A stretch of DNA of 21,852 nucleotides from Polyangiaceae bacterium (lineage in GTDB: Bacteria > Myxococcota_A > Polyangia > Polyangiales > Polyangiaceae), in contig JBGANF010000133.1 in NCBI GenBank assembly GCA_044222475.1, forward strand, positions 1-21,852. Reading direction: 5' to 3'. This document shows, one piece after another, positions 1-12,728 of this stretch; within the stretch, counting starts at the first letter, position 1; each line of letters opens with the position of its first letter. The notes under the pieces are model-generated. The model searched no databases. It saw only the letters and a list, made by a program, of their open reading frames with translations, and was not told the DNA's origin. The position numbers were made by a program, and so were the translations under genes.

Positions 1-132
1 CTGGGGTACTTCTGCCACCGTCCCGAGGACGAGTGCACCGACGACTCGGACTGCGGCGGCATCAACGTGTTCTGTCTGTTCTCGCCAGCGAAGGGACATT
101 TCGCTTGCGCCGCGCTCACCTGCACGAAGTGA
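1..132 (+). CDS. 3' end of a Cys-rich hypothetical protein (partial)
   Basis: Frame 1 reads LGYFCHRPEDECTDDSDCGGINVFCLFSPAKGHFACAALTCTK-TGA, with high-GC3 codons and a CxxDxDC motif typical of myxobacterial Cys-rich exported proteins. Not in the ORF track because the start lies outside the window. Confidence 0.7.
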   Translation: MGYFCHRPEDECTDDSDCGGINVFCLFSPAKGHFACAALTCTK

Positions 133-191
133 GAAACCGCCGGTTGTCGCACGACGTACCCGATCGTAGGATGAACGGTCTGGAGGTTGGT

Positions 192-863
192 ATGAGGCGT
201 TTCTTGGCTGCTGCGTTGCCGCTCGTCGCACTCGCTTGCACGAACGCCGCTACCGATCCGCCGGAGCCGCCGCTGCCCGACTCGGGCGTGCCCCAGAAGG
301 ATGCCGGGGTTCTCGTTCAACCCGACTCCGGCGGCGCGGACGCGGCGAAGCCGTTCGAATGCAACCCGGCCGCGCCGAAGGGCTCTCTCTACGAGCTGTC
401 GAGCCAGAACCTCGGCAACACGCGCAACGTCAGCATGTGCGAGTTCCGCGGGCAGGTGATGCTCATCGTCAACGTCGCTTCGGCGTGTGGCTACACCCCG
501 CAGTACACCCCCCTCGAGGACCTCTACCTCAAGTACAAGGCGCAGGGCTTCAGCGTCCTCGGCTTCCCGTGCAACCAGTTCGGAGCGCAGGAGTCGGGGA
601 CCGACGCCGAGATCAGCACCTTCTGCACGACGAAGTACAACATCACTTTCCCGATGTTCACCAAGAGCAACGTCAACGCGCCGACCGAAAACCCGATCTA
701 CACCTGGCTCAAGGCGCAGCCTGGTGGCGCTGGGGACATCACCTGGAACTTCAACAAGTTCCTCATCGGGCGCGACGGCAAGCTGATCAAGCGCTACGAC
801 TCTGCAGTGGCTCCGGACGCGCCGGCGCTCATCGCCGACGTCGAAGCGGCCCTCGCGAAGTGA
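192..863 (+). CDS. Glutathione peroxidase family protein (Cys type) with lipoprotein signal peptide
   Basis: Motifs VNVASACGYT, LGFPCNQFGAQE, ITWNFNKFLI. GGAGG RBS at 182-186 before ATG 192. N-terminus MRRFLAAALPLVALA-C is a lipobox. Confidence 0.93.
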   Translation: MRRFLAAALPLVALACTNAATDPPEPPLPDSGVPQKDAGVLVQPDSGGADAAKPFECNPAAPKGSLYELSSQNLGNTRNVSMCEFRGQVMLIVNVASACGYTPQYTPLEDLYLKYKAQGFSVLGFPCNQFGAQESGTDAEISTFCTTKYNITFPMFTKSNVNAPTENPIYTWLKAQPGGAGDITWNFNKFLIGRDGKLIKRYDSAVAPDAPALIADVEAALAK

Positions 864-1741
864 CCGAGCGCGACTCCTCGTCCGACACGGACGTCGATCC
901 GCGCGCCGAGCTGGGGCGGATCGCGGCATCGCTCCGCGCGTACCTCGAGTGGCAACGCGAGAGCGGTGCCATCGGGATCCCTCGCCTCGGCAAGGCTCGA
1001 CCCGCGACCGCCGCTCCCGCACCCCCTCCCGCTCCCCCTCCCGCTCCCGCCGCTGCTCCCGTCCCGGTCGTCGTCCCGTCGTTCCTCGAGGCCGAGCCGC
1101 CACCGAAGGCCGCTCCCCCAGCCGCAGCACCCGCCGCGCCTGCCGCGCCGAGCCGACCGCTTCCCGTCGTCGCCGACGCGGTCGCGTCGTGCACTCGCTG
1201 CGAGCTCTCGAAGACGCGAACCCACACCGTGTTCTCGCGCGGGAACCCCGCGGCGAAGCTCTGCTTCGTCGGAGAAGCTCCGGGCGCCGACGAGGACGCC
1301 CAAGGGCTACCGTTCGTCGGTCGCGCGGGGCAACTCCTCGACAAGATGATCGGCGCGATGGGCCTCGATCCCGATCAAGACGTCTACGTCTGCAACATCC
1401 TCAAGTGTCGCCCGCCCGGCAACCGGCGCCCCACGCCCGAGGAGTCGGAGACGTGCATCCCGTACCTCCACGAGCAGCTCGCCGCGGTCGATCCCAAGGT
1501 CATCGTGGCGTTGGGCAACACGGCGGTTGCCTCGCTCATCGGTGGGGGAACGACACTTGGGATCACGAAGCTGCGCGGCTCGTGGAAGCTCTACCGCGGG
1601 CGCGTGCTGGTCATGCCGACGTACCATCCGTCGTATCTCCTCCGGGAGGGTCCGCACCTCGCGCAAGCGAAGCGCGAAGCGTGGGCCGACCTGCAGAAGG
1701 TCATGAAGGAGATGGGGCTCGCGCCGAAGAAGTCGAGCTAA
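860..1741 (+). CDS. Uracil-DNA glycosylase family 4 with Pro/Ala-rich N-terminal linker
   Basis: CTRCEL, VGEAPG, PFVGRAGQLLD, NILKCRPPGNR, YHPSYLLR motifs and Fe-S cysteines. GTG 860 overlaps the GPx stop (GTGA). Confidence 0.93.
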   Translation: MTERDSSSDTDVDPRAELGRIAASLRAYLEWQRESGAIGIPRLGKARPATAAPAPPPAPPPAPAAAPVPVVVPSFLEAEPPPKAAPPAAAPAAPAAPSRPLPVVADAVASCTRCELSKTRTHTVFSRGNPAAKLCFVGEAPGADEDAQGLPFVGRAGQLLDKMIGAMGLDPDQDVYVCNILKCRPPGNRRPTPEESETCIPYLHEQLAAVDPKVIVALGNTAVASLIGGGTTLGITKLRGSWKLYRGRVLVMPTYHPSYLLREGPHLAQAKREAWADLQKVMKEMGLAPKKSS

Positions 1742-1889
1742 CCCCGTGCCCGGTCGAATCGACCCCGCGGCTCGACCCTGCGCCGAAGCCGAGCACCGGT
1801 AGGGGGACGACCCGGCGAGCCCGGCGCATGTCGTCTGGAAGTCGAGAGAGTCGAAGAATCTCGTCAATCGCACGCTTTGAGATTCAGCC

Positions 1890-2789
1890 TCAGCGCGACT
1901 TGCCCAAGCGATCCGTCACCCGAAGCGCGAGCCGCGTTCGCGCGTCGGTGCGCGCCGTCGTGAGTGCTTGGGTCGCGAGGCGCGCAAACGCGTCGAGCCG
2001 AGTGTAGACGTGGTTGCCCGTCGTCTCGCAGCTCCCACCGCGCGACACGACGCCGACGACGTCACCGGTCCACGCGTCGATCGCCGGCCCGCCCGAGTCG
2101 CCTTTGCACGTCGCAACCGCGACCTCGAACTCGCGCGGTCCGAGCACCGCTCCGGTCGCATCGTTGTGAGCCGGACCCACGCTCAGCACCGGGCTTGCGC
2201 CGCGCACCGCGCGCGTACCGATCGCGCCGCTCGGACCGCCGCCGAAGCCGACCGGCACGACCCACTCGCCTTCGCCGATCGAGCGCTCCAGGCGCATCGG
2301 GACGATCGCCACGCCCTCGAGGTCCGCGTCGAGCACGATGAACGCGATGTCGGCGTCGCACAGCACGTCCGTCGTCGGACGTAGCGTCTTCGTCGCGTGA
2401 GCTCGGGGCTCGTCGACCGCGAAGTCGACGCGATCGCCCACGTAGATCGCGATCGTCTGCGGGTCCTCGTCGTCGGCCAGGTGTTGGCCGTTGTGCGATT
2501 CGCCGCGAGCGTCGCACGCGGGACGCGACGTGAGCGCACGCGACACGCAGTGGCGCGCGGTGAGCACGAGGTTCGGCGCGACGAGCGTCCCGCTGCAGAG
2601 CGTCGTCGTGTCGTCTCCGTCGTGGTGGGTCGCGACGGCGACGACGCCGCGGGTCGCTGCGTCGAGCGCTCCGGGAGGCGCGCGGGGCGGCACCTCGTGG
2701 GCGCGGCCGCATCCGGAGAACGTGGCGAGAACGATGCTGGCGGCGAGGGTCAGGAAGGGAGAGACGTGGGAGGTACTGCGGGATGGCAT
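1890..2789 (-). CDS. Trypsin-like (S1) serine protease, probable lipoprotein
   Basis: CSGTLVAPNLVLTARHC (His), DADIAFI (Asp), CKGDSGGP (Ser). FSGC lipobox-like sequence. Confidence 0.9.
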   Translation of the reverse strand: MPSRSTSHVSPFLTLAASIVLATFSGCGRAHEVPPRAPPGALDAATRGVVAVATHHDGDDTTTLCSGTLVAPNLVLTARHCVSRALTSRPACDARGESHNGQHLADDEDPQTIAIYVGDRVDFAVDEPRAHATKTLRPTTDVLCDADIAFIVLDADLEGVAIVPMRLERSIGEGEWVVPVGFGGGPSGAIGTRAVRGASPVLSVGPAHNDATGAVLGPREFEVAVATCKGDSGGPAIDAWTGDVVGVVSRGGSCETTGNHVYTRLDAFARLATQALTTARTDARTRLALRVTDRLGKSR

Positions 2790-2919
2790 GGCGGAGCTTC
2801 GACGTGCGTCGTCGCTACGATAAAGATGGTGCGCGCAGTCGCCGCGCGCACGCCGCCACGCGTCGTAGATCGCTTTTTGGTGCGAGCGAGGTGCACACGG
2901 CGCGCCCTCGATCGGCGTG

Positions 2920-3834
2920 CTAGTGTTTCATTCTCGGCGGCTCGCTCGTCGCGCTTCGATGAGCGGCGCTCCGAACGCCTTCGAGCTGCGCGTTCACCTC
3001 GGCGCCCAAGAGGAGTGCGAGGCTCGCGAGATACAGCCACACCAAGAGCGTCGCGACGGCGGCCGCGCTGCCGTAGAACAGCGCGTAGTTCGCCAGGGTG
3101 CCCACGTAGCGACCGAACGCGAACGTGATGGCCGTCGCCGTGACGCTCGCGACGATCGCGCCGGGCCAGGCGCGGCGCTCGACCCCTTGCGGATGCTCGA
3201 CCGCGTAGCGGTAGAGCACCGCGAGCCCCGTCGTGCCGACGACGCCGAGCGCGATCACGAGCGCCAACGGCTCCCAGGTCGCGCGAGGGACGACGATGCG
3301 CTCTCCCAGGGAGAACGTGCCCGGGTGGAGAATCCGGTCGATGTTGATCCAGGCGTAGAGCGTCCCCGACAGGGCGGCGATCATCCCGAGCACCCACAGG
3401 ATCGCGATCGCTCGCTTCTCGAAGTAGCCGCGGCGCCGCGCCCCGAGCGCGACCTCGAAGGTGTTCATCAAGCTGCTCGTGCCCGACGACGCCATCCAGA
3501 GGAAGCTCGTGGTCGCGACCGGCGCGATGCTCGCGTGCGAGTCGGCGAGGCGCTCGAGCTCCCGCCGGACGAGCTCGGTGGCGAACGGCATGGCCGTTCT
3601 CACCGGGACGAGGAACGTGTCGACGCCGCGCTGCCGAACGATGTGGCCGAGGATGTACCCGAGCACCACCAGGAGCGGGATGAAGCTGAGGAAGAAGTTG
3701 AACGCCATCGCCGATGCGGCGTGGAAGGCGTCGTGGTCGCGGAGCCCGCGGACGATTCGCAGGACGAAGTCCACCCAGCCGAGGCGGGTGATGCGCGCGA
3801 TGGGCCGCAGGTACTTTCGCAGAGAGACGGCCAT
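2920..3834 (-). CDS. YihY/virulence factor BrkB family membrane protein
   Basis: AASAMAFNFFLSFIPLL, LWMASSG, YALFYGSAAAVATLLVWLYL...LLGAEVN motifs; several TM segments. Start chosen at ATG 3834. Confidence 0.9.
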   Translation of the reverse strand: MAVSLRKYLRPIARITRLGWVDFVLRIVRGLRDHDAFHAASAMAFNFFLSFIPLLVVLGYILGHIVRQRGVDTFLVPVRTAMPFATELVRRELERLADSHASIAPVATTSFLWMASSGTSSLMNTFEVALGARRRGYFEKRAIAILWVLGMIAALSGTLYAWINIDRILHPGTFSLGERIVVPRATWEPLALVIALGVVGTTGLAVLYRYAVEHPQGVERRAWPGAIVASVTATAITFAFGRYVGTLANYALFYGSAAAVATLLVWLYLASLALLLGAEVNAQLEGVRSAAHRSATSEPPRMKH

Positions 3835-3901
3835 CGAGCTCGGGTGAGAGCATTTCACCGACCGATGGCCCACGTCAAAGGAACGAGGCTACAATGTGAG
3901 C

Positions 3902-4615
3902 GTGCGTCGCTTTCTTCTGACCCTTTTGTTCGGTTTGGCTCCGTTCGTCCTGCTCGCGCCCGGGTGCGGAAGCACCAAGCCGCCGATCTACATCGGCAAG
4001 GACGGCGCGAACGACGTCTTCTCGGACCGATCGCGGATCGATGCCCCCATTCGACCCGACGCCGCGTGCGAGGTCGTGATCGACGCACCGGCGATCGTCG
4101 ACAGCCCCCACGTCGACATCGGCACCATCATCCAGTACTCGAGCAACCCCCCGTCGAGCGGCCCGCACTACCCGATCTGGGCCGGCTGGAAGGAGTATCT
4201 GACCCCGGTGCCTCGCCCCTTCTGGGTGCACTCGCTCGAGCATGGAGCCGTCGTCCTCCTCTACAACTGCGCGCTCCTCTCCGGCGCCGACGCCGGCACC
4301 GACGCGACCGACGAAGACGCCTCCACGGACGCCGAAGTCGACGCCGGCGCTTCGGCGTGCGCGACGCTCGTCGACCAGCTGCGTACCCTGATGAGCTCGC
4401 TCCCCGACGACCCGCTCTGCGACAAGGACTCGGGCCCGAGCCACCGCATCATCCTCACGCCCGATCCGCTGATCGATCGTCCGGTGGCTGCAGCCGCGTG
4501 GGGCTGGACGTACAACGCCGCCTGCTTCGACCGGGCCTCGCTCGAGCAGTTCGCGAAGGAGCACTACGCGAAGGGGCCCGAGAACTTCTGCTCCAACGGC
4601 CAGACCTTCTTCTAG
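3902..4615 (+). CDS. DUF3105 domain lipoprotein
   Basis: YSSNPPSSGPHY, VHSLEHGAVVLLYNC, VAAAAWG motifs; APGC lipobox. Start GTG 3902 (alternative GTG 3896). Confidence 0.85.
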   Translation: MRRFLLTLLFGLAPFVLLAPGCGSTKPPIYIGKDGANDVFSDRSRIDAPIRPDAACEVVIDAPAIVDSPHVDIGTIIQYSSNPPSSGPHYPIWAGWKEYLTPVPRPFWVHSLEHGAVVLLYNCALLSGADAGTDATDEDASTDAEVDAGASACATLVDQLRTLMSSLPDDPLCDKDSGPSHRIILTPDPLIDRPVAAAAWGWTYNAACFDRASLEQFAKEHYAKGPENFCSNGQTFF

Positions 4616-4624
4616 GGCGGCGCC

Positions 4625-5911
4625 TCAGGACGGCTCGTCGAGGATGCGCAGCCATTTGGCGCGGTCGGAGAGGACGTTCGCAGTCGTCATCGCCGCGAGC
4701 GCGGCCTCCAGGCGACGCGCCTCGCAGCGGTCCGCCTCGAGCACGATCTCGCCTCGCTCTTGGACGGTCTGCGAAGCGACCACCCCCGCGTCGGCGAGCG
4801 CGGAGACGACGGTAGCGAGCGTGCGCGGGCCTTCGGTCACGCGGAGGCGAAGCAAATACCGCGACGCGGTCTCCGCCGCCGGGACGACCGGGCGCGCCTG
4901 CATCTGGATGCCTCGCGTCGCGAGCCCGGCGCCGCCGCCGCGAAGCGCGCGCGCGACGTCGACGATGTCGGAGACGACGCTCACCGCGGTGGGGAGCGCA
5001 CCGGCACCCCGACCCGACACCAAGAGCGGTCCCAGAGCGCGCCCCTCCAGCGCGACGGCGTTCAACACGCCGCCGACGTTGGCAAGTGGCGTGTCCTTTC
5101 GTACCAATGTGGGATGAACGCGGAGCTCGATCCGGTCGCCGTGATCGCGCCCGACGGCGAGGTGCTTGATCGCGTACCCGAAGCGGTCGGCCCATGCGTG
5201 GTCGGCCTCGTCCAAGGCGCGGATGCCTTCGACCGGGATCGCGCTGGGGTCGACCTTCGCGCCGAAGGCGAGCATCGCGAGGACCACGAGCTTGTGGGCG
5301 GCGTCGTGACCTCCGACGTCGAGCTCGGGATCGGCCTCCGCGTATCCCTTCTCCTGCGCCTCTCGCAGCGCGGCACCGAACGAGAGCCCGTCTTCGCGCA
5401 TCCGGGTGAGAACGAAGTTGCATGTCCCGTTGACGATCCCGGTGAGCGAGCTCACCCAGTCGCTGGCGAGCGACTCCCGGAGGATGCGGATGATCGGGAG
5501 CCCGCCTCCGACGGCGCCCTCGAACGCCATGTCGACGCCGCGCGCGACCGCGCGCTCGAGGAGCGCCGGCCCGGCCGCCGCGAGGAGGGCCTTGTTCGCG
5601 GTCACGACCGAGCGCTTGCGATCGAGGGCGCGCTCCACGTACCCCTGCGCGGGCTGGACGCCGCCCATGAGCTCCACGACGACGTCCACCGAGCCGTCGT
5701 CGATCACGTCGTCCGGGCGCGTCGTCAGGAGCGAAGGAGCGACGCCCGGTCGTGCCTTCGCCCCGTCGCGAACCGCGATCCGGACGATCTCGAGGGGAGC
5801 CCCCACGCGCTCGGCCAGGTAGCGCGAGTTCTCCGTCAGCAGGGAGACGACGCCGCCGCCGACCGTCCCGCACCCGAGCATCCCGATCCGCACACCGTCC
5901 GAGCGTCCCAT
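4625..5911 (-). CDS. hom: Homoserine dehydrogenase with C-terminal ACT-like domain
   Basis: IGMLGCGTVGGG Rossmann motif, VVTANKA, FEGAVGGGLPII, GIVNGTCNF, GYAEADP..DVGGHDAAHKL, GRGAGALPTA. Confidence 0.95.
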   Translation of the reverse strand: MGRSDGVRIGMLGCGTVGGGVVSLLTENSRYLAERVGAPLEIVRIAVRDGAKARPGVAPSLLTTRPDDVIDDGSVDVVVELMGGVQPAQGYVERALDRKRSVVTANKALLAAAGPALLERAVARGVDMAFEGAVGGGLPIIRILRESLASDWVSSLTGIVNGTCNFVLTRMREDGLSFGAALREAQEKGYAEADPELDVGGHDAAHKLVVLAMLAFGAKVDPSAIPVEGIRALDEADHAWADRFGYAIKHLAVGRDHGDRIELRVHPTLVRKDTPLANVGGVLNAVALEGRALGPLLVSGRGAGALPTAVSVVSDIVDVARALRGGGAGLATRGIQMQARPVVPAAETASRYLLRLRVTEGPRTLATVVSALADAGVVASQTVQERGEIVLEADRCEARRLEAALAAMTTANVLSDRAKWLRILDEPS

Positions 5912-5928
5912 GCGCCGGACACGATAGC

Positions 5929-6672
5929 CTACTGCACGGTCGCGTTCAGCGTGAACGGCCCGTACTCCGACGAGCTGTAGGCATCGACCACGATGAAGAT
6001 CGTCTGGGTCTGACCGGTGTTGTTCGTGTAGGTGCCGGTCTCGGGGTCGCCGGTGCCGTTGAAGTCGTCGCCACCGACGCACGTCGGACCGATGTTGCCG
6101 CAGTCGGTGACGAGCGCGAGCGCGACGTCCCACTGGGTCGTCGGCGTCACGACCGCGGTGAGCGTCTTCCCCGTCGGCACGCTGATCGAGTACGCCACGT
6201 CGCGCCCGTCGAACTGATAGAAGCTCAGGTCGGTCTGGTCGCAGACGTTCGAGATGTTCACGTTCACGTCGTAGTCGTCGGTCGCCGAGGTCGTGTCGCC
6301 CGAGACCGACACGCCGCTCGTGAGGCCGATCGCCAGGAGGCACGTGTCGTTGCCCGTGCCGCCGTCGATGACGACGGACCCGTCGTTCGCGTCGGCCGTC
6401 GCATCGGCCGCGTCGATGCCGGCGTCGCTCGCGTCGAGATCGGCATCCGACGACGAGTCGGCCAGGGTCGCATCGCCGCCCCCGCCCCCAGAGTCCTTCT
6501 TCACCTCGACGTCCTTGCCGCCCGAGTCCTTCGGGGTCGACGAGTCCTTCCCGCCGGTGTCAGCCGTCGCGTCGGGCGTGCCGGCTTCGGGTTGCGGAGT
6601 GTTCGAGACCTCCGTGTTGGCGCAGGCAGCGATGAGGAGAGCCGAGGCGGCAAAGGTGAGGAGGTGGCGCAT
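5929..6672 (-). CDS. Lipoprotein with Asp/Ala/Gly-rich linker and PPC-like beta domain
   Basis: MRHLLTFAASALLIAA-C lipobox, acidic low-complexity linker, GRDVAY and IFIVVDAYSSSEYGPFTL. Alternative start at 6681. Confidence 0.75.
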   Translation of the reverse strand: MRHLLTFAASALLIAACANTEVSNTPQPEAGTPDATADTGGKDSSTPKDSGGKDVEVKKDSGGGGGDATLADSSSDADLDASDAGIDAADATADANDGSVVIDGGTGNDTCLLAIGLTSGVSVSGDTTSATDDYDVNVNISNVCDQTDLSFYQFDGRDVAYSISVPTGKTLTAVVTPTTQWDVALALVTDCGNIGPTCVGGDDFNGTGDPETGTYTNNTGQTQTIFIVVDAYSSSEYGPFTLNATVQ

Positions 6673-6704
6673 GACCACCATGTAGCACGATGTGTTCCAA
6701 CGTC

Positions 6705-6740
6705 GTACGGGGTCTAACTCCGCGGAATTAGACCCCGTAC
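6705..6740. repeat. Inverted repeat with perfect 13-bp arms (hairpin; terminator-like or REP-like)
   Basis: GTACGGGGTCTAA (6705-6717) / TTAGACCCCGTAC (6728-6740), just downstream of the lon stop. No U-tract. Confidence 0.8.
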
Positions 6741-6765
6741 CCGGATCGTGCGCGATCCAACCGGC

Positions 6766-9168
<2,403 letters not shown>

Positions 9169-9236
9169 GCTCGGGACCTCTTCTAGACACTGAACTGCAG
9201 CGACTGAACTGACTTACGCACGAACCTAAACACGCC

Positions 9237-9252
9237 GCAAGACTCGCGCCAG
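9237..9252 (-). promoter_or_regulatory. Putative sigma54 (-24/-12) promoter of lon
   Basis: Minus strand CTGGCGCG-AGTC-TTGC matches YTGGCACG-N4-TTGC with exact spacing and one mismatch, about 70 nt upstream of the lon ATG. Confidence 0.55.
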
Positions 9253-9296
9253 CGCCCCTCCCCTTTCGGGCAGGCTTTTTGCCGGCTCGGAGCGGC

Positions 9297-10613
9297 TCAT
9301 AGCGGGACTGGGCGCGTCGGGTCGAGGGTGTGCATCAAGAGACCGGTGAGGACCTTGGGGTAGAAGAAGGTCGACTTCTGGGGCATGACCTCGCCGGCTT
9401 CGGCGACTCGACGAACGTCGTCGACCGGGGTGCCCTTCATCATGAAGAGGAGCTGACCCTTGCCGCCGCGGAGCTCGGCCAGGGCTCCGGACCCGTCCTG
9501 CGGGTACCAGATGTTCGTCTTCTTCGCCTGCGCCTCCTGCGAGATCCCCAGGATCGCTTCGAGGACGCCGTAGTGGAGCACGGCGACGTCGGTGACGCGC
9601 AGGGTCGGGTGGACTTGTCCCAATGTGGGATGAGCGGCCAGGTCGACGCCGGCTCGCAGCGAGAGGCGCGCGGCGCGACCCGATGGATCGGCGACGACGA
9701 ACGCGGGCTTGGATGGCGCCTCGTCCAGCCAGCGAGACAGCGCCTCACCGGTCGCCGCGTCCTTCCGCTCGTCGACGACGAAGAGCGCCTGTGCCTTGCG
9801 GAGGAGGTCGTCGAAATCGATCTTCGCGAGCGAGTGGACGTGACGGTGGGTCGGAAAGACCACGAGGCGCGGGTCGTCCCCATTGGCGAGGAACGTCATG
9901 AAGTAGCGGTGCTCGCCGCGCTCCTTCGCGCCACCGCCGGCCTCGATCTCGTCGCGCACGCGGACCGCCGTCTCGTACCGGTGGTGCCCGTCGGCGATGA
10001 GGAGCGACGACTTGCGCAACCCGTCGACGATCGCGATGAGCGCGTCCGTCGCGGTGACCTTCGCGAGGACGTGGTGCACGCCGTCGCCGGTCGAGAACTC
10101 GGTGAGGACGGCGCCCGTCTCGAGCGGGGCGTCGAGCTCGCCCTTCGGATCGCGGTAGAGCATGAAGCCGGGGCTCAGCTGCGTCCGCGTCGCGCGCGTC
10201 AGCTTGTAGCGATCCTCCTTGGGGCCCGACAGCGTCCGCTCGTGCGGGAGGATCACGCGATCGGAGAAGGGGTGGAGCCGCACCAAGCCGAGGAACCCGC
10301 GCCGGGTGATGGCCTTGCCGCCGCCTGGCGGGAGGAACGTCTGGTCGTACCGATAGAACGCCGCCTCGGGATCGCGAACGAGGACGCCCTTGTCGCGCCA
10401 CGCCTCGAGGAGCATGCGCGCGTTCTCGTACCGAGCGTCCCCCTCTCCGGACGGGAGGTCGATCTGGACGACGTTGTGGGGGTCGCGCGCCACCAGCTCC
10501 GCTCGCATCGCGTCGTCGATCACGTCGTACGGAGGGGCGACAACCGAGGCGAGGCCCGCCGGGACGCGAGAAAGATCGTAGCGCAGCGGGGTGATGGGCG
10601 CGATTTCGGCCAT
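9297..10613 (-). CDS. DUF1015 family protein
   Basis: VAPPYDVI, ILPHERTL, LIADGHHRYETA, VFPTHR, MPQKSTFFYPKVLTGL motifs. Confidence 0.92.
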   Translation of the reverse strand: MAEIAPITPLRYDLSRVPAGLASVVAPPYDVIDDAMRAELVARDPHNVVQIDLPSGEGDARYENARMLLEAWRDKGVLVRDPEAAFYRYDQTFLPPGGGKAITRRGFLGLVRLHPFSDRVILPHERTLSGPKEDRYKLTRATRTQLSPGFMLYRDPKGELDAPLETGAVLTEFSTGDGVHHVLAKVTATDALIAIVDGLRKSSLLIADGHHRYETAVRVRDEIEAGGGAKERGEHRYFMTFLANGDDPRLVVFPTHRHVHSLAKIDFDDLLRKAQALFVVDERKDAATGEALSRWLDEAPSKPAFVVADPSGRAARLSLRAGVDLAAHPTLGQVHPTLRVTDVAVLHYGVLEAILGISQEAQAKKTNIWYPQDGSGALAELRGGKGQLLFMMKGTPVDDVRRVAEAGEVMPQKSTFFYPKVLTGLLMHTLDPTRPVPL

Positions 10614-10656
10614 GAATTGATAGCAAGTACCACGAATCGCGCGCGGGAACGAGCGT

Positions 10657-11913
<1,257 letters not shown>

Positions 11914-11998
11914 GTTGGTGTGCCCTTCGGGCCGTCGGCCCTCATGGCGAGCGACTCTACCGCGAACGCGGTCGAGCGACATGCTAACGTTCCATCTC

Positions 11999-12663
11999 GT
12001 GGCAGGTCCCGCGAAACCTCCGGTCGCGATCCGCATCACTCGCCCGTACGAGACGGAAGACGACTTCCTCGCGAACGAGCTCGACACGCTGTCGCGCGCC
12101 GGCGTGACGCTCGTCGGCGCTCAGCAGCGACCGGACGGCTCCGTGCTTCGCTTCGAGATCGTGCTCTCGACCGGCGCCCCGCTCGTCCGCGGCGAAGGCC
12201 GTGTCATCGGCTACAAGCAGAACGTCCTCGGCGACGAGCCGGGCCTCGTGCTCCGGTTCACGCGCCTCGACTCGAAGTCGAAGGCGCTGATCGATCGCGC
12301 GGCGGTGCTCCGCGATCAGCGGAGCGGCCGACCGTCCGCCGCGCCGCCGCGGCCCGCAGCGCACCCGCACCCGCACCTGCAGCCCGCGGCGGGCCGCCGC
12401 CGGCAGCGGTCGCTCCGCCGCCACCGCCACCGTCGGCCGATCCGGTCGAGCCGCCCCCCGTCGCAGCGGCACCCGCGGAACCGCCGCCGCCACCACCAGC
12501 GCCACCGCCACCGCGTTCGTCGGCCAGACCAGCGGGCCCGGCCGGACCCGCCAGCCTCGATCGCCTGCGGGAGCGGGCTCGAAGCCTGTCGGGTGAACGG
12601 ATCGGCGCGCTGCTCGCCGAGGGTCGAGAGCGGCGGGTCACGAAAGGCACTGCTCCTACCTGA
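11999..12663 (+). pseudogene. PilZ-like (myxobacterial TIGR02266-like) protein with Pro-rich tail, interrupted by an apparent frameshift near 12360
   Basis: One frame gives VAIRITRPYETEDDFL...LRFEIVLSTGAPLVRGEGRVI...LVLRFTRLDSKSKALIDR. After ~12360 the Pro/Ala-rich sequence and helical end (SLDRLRERAR...TAPT-TGA 12663) continue in the -1 frame. Start GTG 11999 or ATG 11981. May be an assembly indel. Confidence 0.65.
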
Positions 12664-12667
12664 CCCC

Positions 12668-12691
12668 ACACCGTCCGTAACGGTGTTATTT
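12668..12691 (+). terminator. Candidate intrinsic terminator
   Basis: ACACCGT-CCGTA-ACGGTGT stem-loop followed by TATTT, starting 5 nt after TGA 12663. Confidence 0.45.
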
Positions 12692-12728
12692 CCACCCGCT
12701 CCGCTCCGCCGAGCTACAATCGAGGTTC

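Noticed and set aside
484..492. Selenocysteine in the glutathione peroxidase
   Set aside because: The catalytic codon is TGT (Cys), not TGA.
33..859. Long N-terminal extensions given by the ORF track for GPx and UDG (likewise hom, purD, gspN, and gspK beyond 21001)
   Set aside because: They overlap neighbouring genes; RBS, start/stop coupling and family N-termini support the shorter starts.
1742..1889. Terminator or small RNA between the convergent UDG and protease genes
   Set aside because: Only a short GGTCGA/TCGACC stem with no U-tract, expected by chance at this GC content.
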